From NCBI GenBank assembly GCA_037128175.1, contig JBAXWY010000001.1, forward strand, positions 113,900 to 177,899: DNA of 64,000 nt, in the 5' to 3' direction. The DNA comes from Methanothrix sp. (GTDB lineage: Archaea; Halobacteriota; Methanosarcinia; Methanotrichales; Methanotrichaceae). Made by a program: the position numbers and the translations under genes. This document shows, in pieces, positions 17,824 through 27,562 of the stretch. The notes under the pieces were generated by a model. That model was not told the origin of the DNA, made no database searches, and worked only from the letters and a program-made list of their open reading frames with translations. How positions within the stretch are numbered: position 1 is the first letter of the stretch; the number at the start of each line of letters is the position of its first letter.

Positions 17824-18765
17824 TTGGCATCTCTGATTATCTCTGATACGCATTTCGGCCTGGATTCATCGACTCTTCAGAGCCCGGCAAAGGTAGACCA
17901 GTTGATGCAAGAGATATCGGAATTTGAGAGCGGCTGCGACGAGGTCGTGCTTTTGGGCGATATCCTCGATTTCTGGAGGGTGCGCCCAGAAAATGCGGTG
18001 AGGTGCGCCATCCCTTTTTTAAAACGGCTCTCCCAGGAATGTCTGAAGATTCGCTACGTTGTGGGAAATCACGATCATCACCTGGTGGTACAAAAGCAGG
18101 AGGCGGAATTCATGGAGAGGGCTGCTCGCTGCGATCTGTTTCCCGTTTATATTCCATCAATTCGCTGGCGCCGGACTTTTTGCGGCGTTGATATCGAGAT
18201 GCTCTATCCTACTTACCGAAAGCGTTGTTGCCAGAGGACCATCCTCTTCACGCACGGCCATCATCTGGACGGCATTCAAAACTTTACTTTGCAGCTGGTG
18301 GAGAAGCTGCGCAGACTCTCCGGAGAGGAGTTTCTTCCCGCAGACCTGGAGATGATGATGACTTACGCCTACGAGGGGCTGTACCGCTCCGCCTGCATAG
18401 GAGAGATGGTATCTTTCGAGAACTCTATCTGGAAGGCATCCAGCCTGCTGCAGAGGATCAACGCCGGTGTTTTTTCCAACCAGCGCCGCGCCAGCGTAGA
18501 GGGGCAATACGAGGCCATATTGAAGTTCATTCGCGAGAGGAGCCTTGGTAAGATTGACTGCTTCATTTATGGGGATACGCATCTTCCCGGCATATTTCAA
18601 AGAAAGGGAGGACCTCTGGCCGTGAACGCGGGCAGCTTCACGCGCGAGCCGGGAAATGGCTCTCGCTTCGAGACGCCCGATACCTATATGCTTCTGGATG
18701 AGGGGGGGCTGGCCATAAGGCAGTTGGGCAGGAAAAGGCCTCTCTTTTTATGCGAGCTTCTCTAG
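17824..18765 (+). CDS. Calcineurin-like metallophosphoesterase
   Basis: SDTH, LGD, GNHD, HGH, GDTH, NAGS motifs. Confidence 0.85.
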   Translation: MASLIISDTHFGLDSSTLQSPAKVDQLMQEISEFESGCDEVVLLGDILDFWRVRPENAVRCAIPFLKRLSQECLKIRYVVGNHDHHLVVQKQEAEFMERAARCDLFPVYIPSIRWRRTFCGVDIEMLYPTYRKRCCQRTILFTHGHHLDGIQNFTLQLVEKLRRLSGEEFLPADLEMMMTYAYEGLYRSACIGEMVSFENSIWKASSLLQRINAGVFSNQRRASVEGQYEAILKFIRERSLGKIDCFIYGDTHLPGIFQRKGGPLAVNAGSFTREPGNGSRFETPDTYMLLDEGGLAIRQLGRKRPLFLCELL

Positions 18766-18805
18766 ATGCCAAACCTATTTCATCCAGTATCATGTAGGTC
18801 AAAAC

Positions 18806-19114
18806 ATGTTCGAACCAAACGAGGAATCCCTGGTCCTGGAGATCGTGCGCGGCTTCTTTGACATTCCTTCTGAGGAGATGATGAAGATCGGCGATCAATT
18901 CAAAATGCTGCTCTTCGGACCCCAGACAGGCAGCGAGCAGGAAGCGGTGGCAAAGCTCAAGGAGGCGCTAAAAGATATGTCCAAGGAGCAGGTCTTGATG
19001 GCTGGCATGTTCGTCTCGGGCTTGCTGCGCTGCAACCTTGCAGAGCAGGTTGAGCAGCAGTATCAGCAAGCCAAGGCAGAAGGAAAAATCGAGCCGGATT
19101 GCGGTTGTGATTGA
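18806..19114 (+). CDS. Hypothetical protein
   Basis: Clean ORF with host-like codon usage. Confidence 0.7.
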   Translation: MFEPNEESLVLEIVRGFFDIPSEEMMKIGDQFKMLLFGPQTGSEQEAVAKLKEALKDMSKEQVLMAGMFVSGLLRCNLAEQVEQQYQQAKAEGKIEPDCGCD

Positions 19115-19165
19115 TGGCCCCTTTGCATCCGTTTCGCCTCGCGAGATTTTTTTTTCTCGCTGTAT

Positions 19166-19205
19166 CGAGTGGGTATTAGAATAGTTCACAGAGAACGCAC
19201 GGAGC
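19166..19205. repeat. Partial copy of the CACAGAG-type intergenic repeat
   Basis: cgagtgggtattagaata also occurs (1 mismatch) near 63549; cacagagaacgcacggag resembles 45217-45244. Confidence 0.5.
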
Positions 19206-19296
19206 GACTAACTATTAGCCACTAAAAATAGCGAAGAGTCGATTTTTTCTTCGCGCTTCGTCCAATAGCTTATTATCGCGTATATCGATCTGATTT

Positions 19297-20907
19297 ATGA
19301 TGAAAGAGGCGCTTTCGGCATTCGGTGACGGCAAGGCCCTTGGCCAGGAGCTGCGGCGCATAGTCGAGGCCATTTTAGCGGGCGATATTAAGACGCAGGC
19401 GGATCTGGAGTCGCACAAGAAGGACGCCTCATCTCGGCTAGCCCTCTCATCTCTCCCCAGCAATGCCGATATACTCGGCTTCGCTTCTACCCAGGAGCGG
19501 GCCCAGCTCAAGATGCTGGTGCGTAAGCCCACGCGAACCCTCTCCGGCGTGGCGGTCATCGCGGCCATGACCTCTCCCGCCCGCTGCCCGCACGGCACCT
19601 GCGTTCCCTGTCCGGGCGGCATTCTTTGCTCTTCAGCGCAAAGCTACACCGGTCGCGAGCCGGCAGCACTTCGGGCAGCGCAGCACGATTACGACCCCTA
19701 CCGCCAGGTAACGGCACGGCTGGCTCAGCTGGATGAGATTGGCCACCCCTTAGACAAGTCGGAGCTGATCATCATGGGCGGAACGATCACGGCGCGCCCT
19801 TTAGGCTATCAGCACTGGTTTGTCAAACGCTGTCTGCAGGCCATGAATGATTATCCTGCGGCAAATGTTCCAGGCCAAAGGTACCAGTCGTTTGCCGATG
19901 TGGCCGCAGCCAATGAGACGGCATCGGTTAGAAACATCGGCACCACCTTCGAGACCCGGCCGGACTACTGCGGTCCAGCGGAGACAATGAACATGTTGCT
20001 TCTCGGCGCCACCAAGGTGGAACTGGGCGTGCAGAGCACCCGTGATGATATCTTAGAGAATATGAAGCGAGGCCATACGGTAGAGGACTCCGTACGGGCC
20101 AATAGCGCTCTAAGAGAGGTGGGCCTGAAGGTGGGCTTTCACATGATGCCGGGACTGCCCGGCTCCTCGCCAAAGGTGGATCTGGAGGTCTTTCGTGAGC
20201 TTTTCTCGGATAGCCGCTTTCGCCCGGACTACCTCAAAATATATCCGACATTAGTCGTGGAAGGAACCGAGCTTTACCGGCAGTACCTGCTCGGGGAATA
20301 CGTCCCTCTGGGCGACGCAGCAGCGGCAGAGCTTGTATCTCAAATAAAGGAGATTCTGCCTGCCTACGTTCGGCTGCAGCGTGTGCAGCGAGACATTCCT
20401 GCTCAGCTCATCGTGGCGGGGGTCAAAAAATCCAATCTACGTCAGCTTGCCCAGCAGCAGCTTTCGGCCCGTTACAGCCATTGCCGCTGCATCCGCTGCC
20501 GAGAAGCGGGGCTGCGCCGGTTCTTGGGAGGAGAAGTGCGATTTGTGCATGAGGTCTATGAGGCATGCGGTGGAGCCGAGCACTTTTTGTCCTTTGAGGG
20601 GGAGGACGAGACAATCGTCGGATTCCTGCGTCTACGACTTTCTGCCAGCGCCCGGGTAAGGGAGCTGCATGTCTACGGGCCCATGCTTCCCATCGGCAGC
20701 AGAGCGGAAGGGTGGCAGCACCGTGGTTACGGGGAAAAACTGTTGCATGCGGCAGAGACACTGGCAGAAGAGGCGGGCTACGGCTCCCTGGAAATTACCA
20801 GCGGCATTGGGGCCAGAGGCTACTATCGGCGGCTGGGATATGAGCTATGCGGGCCTTACATGACCAAGCTATTAAAATGGGATCAAAGCACCACAACCAT
20901 TAAATAG
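19297..20907 (+). CDS. elp3: Elp3 tRNA U34 carboxymethyltransferase (radical SAM + GNAT)
   Basis: KPTRTLSGVA, CPHGTCVPCPGG, QSYTGREP, ETRPD, RELHVYG, QHRGYG. Confidence 0.95.
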   Translation: MMKEALSAFGDGKALGQELRRIVEAILAGDIKTQADLESHKKDASSRLALSSLPSNADILGFASTQERAQLKMLVRKPTRTLSGVAVIAAMTSPARCPHGTCVPCPGGILCSSAQSYTGREPAALRAAQHDYDPYRQVTARLAQLDEIGHPLDKSELIIMGGTITARPLGYQHWFVKRCLQAMNDYPAANVPGQRYQSFADVAAANETASVRNIGTTFETRPDYCGPAETMNMLLLGATKVELGVQSTRDDILENMKRGHTVEDSVRANSALREVGLKVGFHMMPGLPGSSPKVDLEVFRELFSDSRFRPDYLKIYPTLVVEGTELYRQYLLGEYVPLGDAAAAELVSQIKEILPAYVRLQRVQRDIPAQLIVAGVKKSNLRQLAQQQLSARYSHCRCIRCREAGLRRFLGGEVRFVHEVYEACGGAEHFLSFEGEDETIVGFLRLRLSASARVRELHVYGPMLPIGSRAEGWQHRGYGEKLLHAAETLAEEAGYGSLEITSGIGARGYYRRLGYELCGPYMTKLLKWDQSTTTIK

Positions 20908-20947
20908 CGTGCACCAAAGAGGATTTGCGGTTCTGAGGAATTATAAT

Positions 20948-21331
20948 ATGCGTTGGCAAGGCAAATTTGGAAGGAAGCCCACCGGGGGAAAATTGATTCT
21001 CGCCAGGGGCAAGAGAAAGTGTGAGATAGGCAGAGAGCAGAGCGACACCACCATTGCCGCGGTCCGGGTTAAGAAGATCGAGACAAAAGGCGGAAATATA
21101 AAGCTACGCATGCTGCGGGGCGATATGGCCACAATTGCCGATTCCGTGACCGGCAAGTCCAAGATGGTCAAGATTGAGACCGTAAAGGAAAACAAGGCCA
21201 ATCTGCACTACATGAGAAGGAACATTCTCACCAAGGGTGCGATCATCAAGACGGAAATGGGAGATGCCAGGATAACCAACCGGCCCGGCCAGGATGGCGT
21301 CATCAATGCCATACTGCTACCTGCCGCTTAA
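20948..21331 (+). CDS. rps8e: 30S ribosomal protein S8e
   Basis: RKPTGG, KGGN-K-R, RRNILTKGAII, RPGQDGVINA. Confidence 0.95.
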   Translation: MRWQGKFGRKPTGGKLILARGKRKCEIGREQSDTTIAAVRVKKIETKGGNIKLRMLRGDMATIADSVTGKSKMVKIETVKENKANLHYMRRNILTKGAIIKTEMGDARITNRPGQDGVINAILLPAA

Positions 21332-21349
21332 AACCCCCTTCTCTTTTAA

Positions 21350-21559
21350 ATGTTCGTCGTCTTCCGGTGTAGTTGTGGTCGCCACCTCTACTCCTTGAAG
21401 GACGCCAAGTCCAGGACCTGCCCCTGTGGAAAGAGAACTATTCTTAGCAAGACGAGAGTCTTAGCCCAGGCGGAGGACGCTTATGCGGCAGGCGATATCG
21501 TGAGAAAGCTGCAGCTTGAGGGGCACGGCATGACCGGATTTAAATCGGCCGGGCCATAG
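21350..21559 (+). CDS. Small zinc-ribbon protein (DUF1922-like)
   Basis: FRCSCGR...RTCPCGK. Confidence 0.8.
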   Translation: MFVVFRCSCGRHLYSLKDAKSRTCPCGKRTILSKTRVLAQAEDAYAAGDIVRKLQLEGHGMTGFKSAGP

Positions 21560-21567
21560 CCAAATCT

Positions 21568-22368
21568 ATGCGCCTCAAAGAGAAGCTGCATGGAGTAGTG
21601 CCAGAGGGGTGCCAGAGCTTACTCTCGAATCGCTTTCATGTCATTGGGAATATTGCCATACTCTCTCTTGCCCCGGAGCTGGCAGGATACAAGAAGAAGA
21701 TTGCAGAGGCTGTGCTCTCTTCCGGCAAGAGCATTCATACCGTGCTGAATAAAACCACCAAGCTGCAAGGTGAGAGAAGGGTGGCCGGCTTTGAGCTCTT
21801 AGCAGGTGTCGCCAATACAGTCACCACGCATAAGGAATTCGGCTTTCTTTACCGTCTGGATGTAGCAAATGTCTTCTTTAACAGCCATCTCGGCTACGAG
21901 AGAATGAGGGTGGCGGCAGCGGTCGTGGCTGGTGAGGATGTGCTGCTTCCGTTCTCTGGCGTGGGACCGTTCGCCGTTCCCCTGGCAGCTTATGGCGCTC
22001 ATGTCCTGGCCCTGGAGAAAAATCGCGAAGCATGCCTTTATTTGGCGGAGAACGCCAGGCTGAATCGAGTGGAAAAGATGATCGCGATAATAAACGCGGA
22101 TGCCTTTCACATGGCCAAGCTGCTCCGAAAGGATTTTCACAGGGCCGTCATTCCCGCGCCCTACGGAGCAGAAGGAATTTTAGAAACAGTATTGCCCCTG
22201 ATGAAATCCGGGGGAATTTTGCACTTTTATACCTTCAAGAAGCGCCATCAGATCGAGCCACTCAAGAAGAGCTACCAAGATCTGGGCCTGGAGGTTATGC
22301 ATGCTCATAGCTGCGGCAATGTCGCTCCCGGAGTCTGCCGCTGGGTCTTTGATCTGGCGAAATCCTGA
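21568..22368 (+). CDS. Trm5/Taw2-family SAM-dependent tRNA transferase
   Basis: IGNIAI, T-HKEFG, VFFN-HL-YER, FSGVGPFA. Confidence 0.8.
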   Translation: MRLKEKLHGVVPEGCQSLLSNRFHVIGNIAILSLAPELAGYKKKIAEAVLSSGKSIHTVLNKTTKLQGERRVAGFELLAGVANTVTTHKEFGFLYRLDVANVFFNSHLGYERMRVAAAVVAGEDVLLPFSGVGPFAVPLAAYGAHVLALEKNREACLYLAENARLNRVEKMIAIINADAFHMAKLLRKDFHRAVIPAPYGAEGILETVLPLMKSGGILHFYTFKKRHQIEPLKKSYQDLGLEVMHAHSCGNVAPGVCRWVFDLAKS

Positions 22369-22403
22369 ATACGGAAATCCTTAAATACGGCGATTGACGT
22401 ACA

Positions 22404-22525
22404 TGTGTATTGGCAAAGGTCGAATACTCATTTCTTTCCCTCCGATGACTTTTGCCTCCCTCCTATTTACACAATTTTCTGCCTTGCACCTTCTCTTCTG
22501 GAAATGATAGTACTGCAAGGCCGAA
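22404..22525 (+). ncRNA. Candidate small RNA with two stem-loops and exposed CU-rich anti-SD motifs
   Basis: BRE/TATA cggaaatccttaaata (22372-22387); stems ggcaaaggtc/gacttttgcc and gccttgca/tgcaaggc; no ORF. Confidence 0.5.
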
Positions 22526-22542
22526 ATAAACCAATGTTTTGA

Positions 22543-22606
22543 CTTCGCGGCTTCGCGCCTTCGCGTGAAAGCGGACCCTGTTTGAATCTCACGCGAAGTC
22601 GCGAAG
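22543..22606. repeat. REP-like palindrome with 8-nt periodic arms (CTTCGCGN)
   Basis: cttcgcgccttcgcgtga (22551-22568) / tcacgcgaagtcgcgaag (22589-22606), 17 of 18 bases pair. Confidence 0.75.
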
Positions 22607-22640
22607 GACGATCAGCCGTTCACAAAGGCACATTATCCAC

Positions 22641-23858
22641 TCATAATATCGACGATATCGTAGCCAGGGCGAAAGCTGCCAGGCCCAGCAGGCTGAGGGG
22701 CAAAGTGTACCCCATAACAGTTTCCTTCATGCTCGCTCCTGTGGAGCTTTTGATGAGCCAGAAGTAGGGATCGGTGACATAGGAGAACATGAAAGCTCCG
22801 GATGCAATGAGCAGGGCTAAAGTTACTCCAGGAAGCGGATAGTATGCCAGGATCTGCACGGCAACTGTAGCCGTCACCACCCTGGACCCCTGAGCCAGCT
22901 GCAAAGCGGCAGATACCAGGAAGGGCAAGAGCAAAGCTGGCAGAAAATGTCCCAAACGAAAGATCTCCTGACCTAAGCCGCTTTGCGCCACCACATAGCC
23001 GAAAGCACCCGCACCGCATAGGTCCAGCAATATCACGCCGGATCTTCGCGAGGCCACATGAATCAGCTCATGCATCTTCTTTCTCTCCAATGCCAAACCG
23101 AGCATGGCCCCCAGGAGCAGGGCAATGCCCGGATCTGCCAAAATACGCATCTTCTCAGGCAGGCTATTGCCCAGCAGTATCAAGGCTATTGGTACCAGCA
23201 GAGGGGCCCAGGCACGTGACCTGCTCATTTTTGGGGTGGCTCTGATCTCTTTTGATTCCGCGTCCTCAATATCCGGGAAAAAATGCTTCATAAGGACGTA
23301 GGCCAGAGCGAACAAAACCAATGAGAGGGGGATGCAGCGCATGAGCAGATCGTACGGTTGCGCCCCCAGGCCCGTGGAGAGGGTGATCATGACCGGAGAG
23401 GGATAGATGAGGTTGAAAGAGATTATGGAGCAGGCTGCTGTCATGAAAAGGGCCCTTTTGCCGTTCGGGCTGTCTTTTCCGGCCAGGCCGCTTACCACCG
23501 GCTGCAAAATCATGTAGGCGGTGATGCTGCACATCACAGGCAGCGAGATGAGGTACCCGGCCGCTCCGCCGATAGCCAGGCTCTTGCCGACCAGTCGCCC
23601 CAGGTCGGCAACGATCCGCTCCAGGCTCTGTGTGCTGCGCAGATACTCCGCCAGCAGGGCACCGCTGAATACTACTATGGCCAGGGAGGAAAAGATCCTG
23701 GATAGTCCCGTGGAGATATATCCCAGCAACTCTCCGTCCATGCCCACCAGGAGGCCAAAGACGATAGAGGAGATGATTAAACTTAAGAACGGACCAATCC
23801 TCGGTATGATCAAACTGACGAAAATTACGGTGGCCAGAAAAGCAAGGAACGGGTCCAT
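22641..23858 (-). CDS. GntP-family permease
   Basis: Polytopic; GAGAFGYV, AQGSRVV, SYVTDPYFWL match the GntP C-terminal pattern. Confidence 0.8.
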   Translation of the reverse strand: MDPFLAFLATVIFVSLIIPRIGPFLSLIISSIVFGLLVGMDGELLGYISTGLSRIFSSLAIVVFSGALLAEYLRSTQSLERIVADLGRLVGKSLAIGGAAGYLISLPVMCSITAYMILQPVVSGLAGKDSPNGKRALFMTAACSIISFNLIYPSPVMITLSTGLGAQPYDLLMRCIPLSLVLFALAYVLMKHFFPDIEDAESKEIRATPKMSRSRAWAPLLVPIALILLGNSLPEKMRILADPGIALLLGAMLGLALERKKMHELIHVASRRSGVILLDLCGAGAFGYVVAQSGLGQEIFRLGHFLPALLLPFLVSAALQLAQGSRVVTATVAVQILAYYPLPGVTLALLIASGAFMFSYVTDPYFWLIKSSTGASMKETVMGYTLPLSLLGLAAFALATISSIL

Positions 23859-24016
23859 ACTGTCAAGTATATCTTCATAGCTATAAAACCATAATTATGC
23901 CAGAGATGACTTTTTCCCCTAAACATCCGAAACGCATTTATAGATAGAAATATAAAAAAAGGCAGAGAAGGGAAATAGTCTTATTTAAATCAGGCCAGAT
24001 CGTGAAATAGCGATCC

Positions 24017-27000
24017 TTGGCAAGGGATAGTTTGGCAGGGGAAGGGAGTAGTGGCATGAGTAGAGGTAGCTTTAGGGGTAGACTACCTCGGGGGAGGCTT
24101 GACTATAAGGTAAGTCCGGCACTCCTGGGCGTAGCCATGTTCTTGGTTATTCTAGTTCCATCTCTATTCTATATATTTCCAAATGTCCTCGACTCTTCGC
24201 AATCATATTCTCCAGAATTGTTATATCGTCTCGAATTAAAATCAAGCCCTCTTTCCACCCCAGACGATCCGAATTCAGATAGCAATGCATTGCAAAATGT
24301 CGCCTCCAACGGGGCATCTCTTTTGGCCACCGTCCAACAGTCGCCCGAAATGTCTCAGGTCTACCTGGAGAACACCGGCTCCGTGGAATTGCACCAGGTG
24401 CAGATTGTGGGCGGGGGAAGGTCCTTAGGCATACTATCCGAGCTTGTTTGCGGCGAGAGGAAGGTGCTGGCCGTCAGCGGCTCCCCGGAGGAACTGCGAG
24501 TGTCTGCGCTCGATCCTTCCCAGGGAACGGTTCAGGCTCGCGTCCAGTATATCCCGTCAGCCACAAGCAATGATATCACAAGCCCCGTTTCCAGTGAAGA
24601 AGTGCTGAGCACCAAATCAGCCCCATCCATTGCACCCACCTTTTCCGGGTCGCCAGGCTCCGACGCCGCAGCACCTTCGCCCATTGATCGGCCTGGTGGA
24701 GAGATGCCAGAAATATCTGCACTCTTGCTGACCATTACTGCCAATAAGTCAGAAGGCAGATCCGGCGAGGTCGTGGGCTACAGATGCCTGGCGAAAAACC
24801 AGGGGGCAGCCGAACTGTCCGACATCCAGATCTCTTGTGCCGGAAAGGTGGCCTCCACAAAGTATCTGCCTGCCGGCAAGGAGCTTTTCCTGGATGGAGC
24901 CGTGCCGATTGAGAATAATACCCGGCTATCGGCCGGCGTGCGAGCCTTGGATGCCAGGGGCAGGATCTACACTAACAATACGTCTTTCGACATCTGGAAG
25001 ATATCTCCAATCCTTCGGCTTATGGTTACTGCCCCCCCGCGGCTGCACCGCGGCGAGAACGTTTCCCTGCAAATTCGCATTGAAAATAAGGGGACGGAAA
25101 ACCTCACCGATATTCTTGTCAGGGATAGTTTGGGGGAGATAGGGCGGATAGCTCAACTTCCGGCGGGCGATTTTCAGGTGCTGCAAAAAGAGCTTACGGT
25201 CTTTCAGAGCCAGAAGGACGCGTTTTCGGTTATCGCCCATGATCGGGCAGGAGCTGAGGTCTATGCCAGTGAGATGTTCGGCCTTAGGGTACTAAACTCC
25301 TCGCTCTTGATACAGGGCGATCCTTCTGAGGTCAGGATTTCTCCAGGAGAGCCCGCCGAGGTGACCTGGATCTTGAGCAACAGCGGAGAGGAATTCCTGC
25401 AAAATATTACCTTAGATGGAGACGGGAAGAGGCGCATTCTCAAGGAACTGGCTCCCGGCCAATCGGTAAAGATGGCGGCCATTTACACCAAGAACTCTAC
25501 CACCTGGATAAACGTTACTGCGAAGGGATTTGATGGTAACGGTTTTGAGGCAGTCAGCACGGCGGGAGTTCTTTTAATGTCCGTTTTGCCCGGCATCACC
25601 TTGAAGGCCATGCCCGCCGAGATTGAGGTCTGTCCGGATGAGGCGGCAGAGATTAGTGTCCTTGTCACCAATTCCGGAGACGATCGCCTGGAGAATGTAG
25701 CTTTGACTTTGAACGGCTCCACGCTTGCCACTCTAGGTGAGCTGCAGCCGGGTGAGTTCAGAGTGATAAAATCTAAAACGGTGATATCAGACAATTGCAC
25801 AATTCAATTTGAGGCCACGGGAAGAGACTCGCGCGGCAGCACCCTGTCGGACAGAGCAAATGTCAAGGTAGCGGCAGTAGTTGCCGCTCTCAAGATATTC
25901 GTCAGCTCTTCGCCGCCAGCTATAGTGCCGGGAGAAAAGAGCCTTCTCACCTGCACCGTGGCCAACACCGGAAGTGTCCCTCTCTACAGCATATTCGTTA
26001 TCAGCAAAAAGCTGGGGCCTCTGGGCAATATCGATTATCTTTTACCCAAGCGCCAGACGACGGTCGCTTCCGAAAAGATGATGAGTGAAGCTATCGATGA
26101 CACCATAACCGCAGAAGGCTTCACTCAAGACCAGAAGCCCGTGCGCGGCACCTTTAGCCTGAGCCTGAAGCTTCTTCGTTCTCCCGGTCAGGTCTTGGAG
26201 GCCTCCGAAAGTCAGGCATCCAGTCCTTTGCAGCCGTCTGCCGTGACGATGGCTTCGGCCAACATCAGCTTCGGCAATTTCAGCCTGCCCTTCAATCTGC
26301 CTGCCCAGGAGGAGACGTCCTCCGAGGTATCGAGAACGATGGCCAGCGATGTGGACCGCACGGCAACAAAGCAAAACAATGTAGTATTGGATAAAATTGC
26401 TAACCTGCTGCACTATGTGGAAAGTCTTCTGGGATTGAATGGTAGCGAGAGTGATCCCCAAGGCGAGAATGAATCCCAATCGCATGCCGCACAGGAGCTC
26501 TCTCCTGCTGGAAAAGATAGCCTGCCCGGATCTAAAAATTACGAGCTATCCATTGCGGGAGTGAAGGGCTCAGAGCACGGAGCCATATCTATTCTGGATG
26601 TTAATGCACTGCCCTCTCAGCCTGCTGCCAATGAGCCGATCAAGGTAACCGTGCACCTGCAAAGCCAGGATGGAATAAAGTCTGCATTGGTGAAATACGG
26701 CCTATCTGAGCTGCCACTCACCAGGCAAGATATGCAAAGCGTGGATCAGGTCTATGACTGCGCCCTAGCTCTGGAATCAGGCAGCCAGGAAGACGGATAC
26801 TGGAGCGGCACCATTCCCGGCCGGGGGCCGGGCACCTACATGCCTCTTTCGGTCTTTATAACGGGCACATCGAGCACTGCTGAAGGCGGACCGTATTTGA
26901 TCCACTGGAGTACAGTCAACTCCGTCCAGGAGCGAACAATCGTCGCCCCCTCCGGAAGAAACGGCATGCTCTTCATTGAGTCCTCATCCGTAAAAGGCAG

Positions 27001-27457
27001 AGGCGAGGTCTCCATCAAGGATACCATCCAGGGATCGACGATGCAGTTCGATGAGAAGATAATGGGCAACGGCTCCATCAGCCTGGAGACGCTGCGCACC
27101 ATTGATCGCAGCGGGTCGGTGGACAATTTCACCGAGAAGAAGGATCTGGTTTTCACCGGCGGCAATCTCAAAGGCCATAAGACTCTGGCCTCTCCTAATT
27201 TCCAGGGGGGCTTGGGAGCCTCGGTCACGGAGAGGTTCAACTTAAGCCATGTGGACAAGAGCGAGACCTCCAGCGTAAGCAGCCAGAATTATGCCAACAA
27301 TACTCTGGCCTTCAAGACGGACCAGGCCTTCGATGGAACCTGGAACATCCAGACCAAATATGCCAAGTTCTACAAGAAGATCAAGGCCGATCAGAAGTAC
27401 ACCGGCTCCTTCCAGACACAGAAGGATATCAAGTTCCAGGATGCTGGACAGAAATAA
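24017..27457 (+). CDS. Large membrane-anchored extracellular protein with repeated Ig-like (CARDB/DUF11-like) domains; start uncertain
   Basis: N-terminal TM; repeated N-x-G...L.....lg.L.pG modules. Confidence 0.75.
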   Translation: MARDSLAGEGSSGMSRGSFRGRLPRGRLDYKVSPALLGVAMFLVILVPSLFYIFPNVLDSSQSYSPELLYRLELKSSPLSTPDDPNSDSNALQNVASNGASLLATVQQSPEMSQVYLENTGSVELHQVQIVGGGRSLGILSELVCGERKVLAVSGSPEELRVSALDPSQGTVQARVQYIPSATSNDITSPVSSEEVLSTKSAPSIAPTFSGSPGSDAAAPSPIDRPGGEMPEISALLLTITANKSEGRSGEVVGYRCLAKNQGAAELSDIQISCAGKVASTKYLPAGKELFLDGAVPIENNTRLSAGVRALDARGRIYTNNTSFDIWKISPILRLMVTAPPRLHRGENVSLQIRIENKGTENLTDILVRDSLGEIGRIAQLPAGDFQVLQKELTVFQSQKDAFSVIAHDRAGAEVYASEMFGLRVLNSSLLIQGDPSEVRISPGEPAEVTWILSNSGEEFLQNITLDGDGKRRILKELAPGQSVKMAAIYTKNSTTWINVTAKGFDGNGFEAVSTAGVLLMSVLPGITLKAMPAEIEVCPDEAAEISVLVTNSGDDRLENVALTLNGSTLATLGELQPGEFRVIKSKTVISDNCTIQFEATGRDSRGSTLSDRANVKVAAVVAALKIFVSSSPPAIVPGEKSLLTCTVANTGSVPLYSIFVISKKLGPLGNIDYLLPKRQTTVASEKMMSEAIDDTITAEGFTQDQKPVRGTFSLSLKLLRSPGQVLEASESQASSPLQPSAVTMASANISFGNFSLPFNLPAQEETSSEVSRTMASDVDRTATKQNNVVLDKIANLLHYVESLLGLNGSESDPQGENESQSHAAQELSPAGKDSLPGSKNYELSIAGVKGSEHGAISILDVNALPSQPAANEPIKVTVHLQSQDGIKSALVKYGLSELPLTRQDMQSVDQVYDCALALESGSQEDGYWSGTIPGRGPGTYMPLSVFITGTSSTAEGGPYLIHWSTVNSVQERTIVAPSGRNGMLFIESSSVKGRGEVSIKDTIQGSTMQFDEKIMGNGSISLETLRTIDRSGSVDNFTEKKDLVFTGGNLKGHKTLASPNFQGGLGASVTERFNLSHVDKSETSSVSSQNYANNTLAFKTDQAFDGTWNIQTKYAKFYKKIKADQKYTGSFQTQKDIKFQDAGQK

Positions 27458-27562
27458 TTAAAGACTATTTGGGCGATCTTCCACATTAGGAAAAGAAGGT
27501 CATTGGCTTAAGAAGTGGCCTTCGAGCAGGCTCAGAATAACGATGCTCGAATATGCCGCGTT

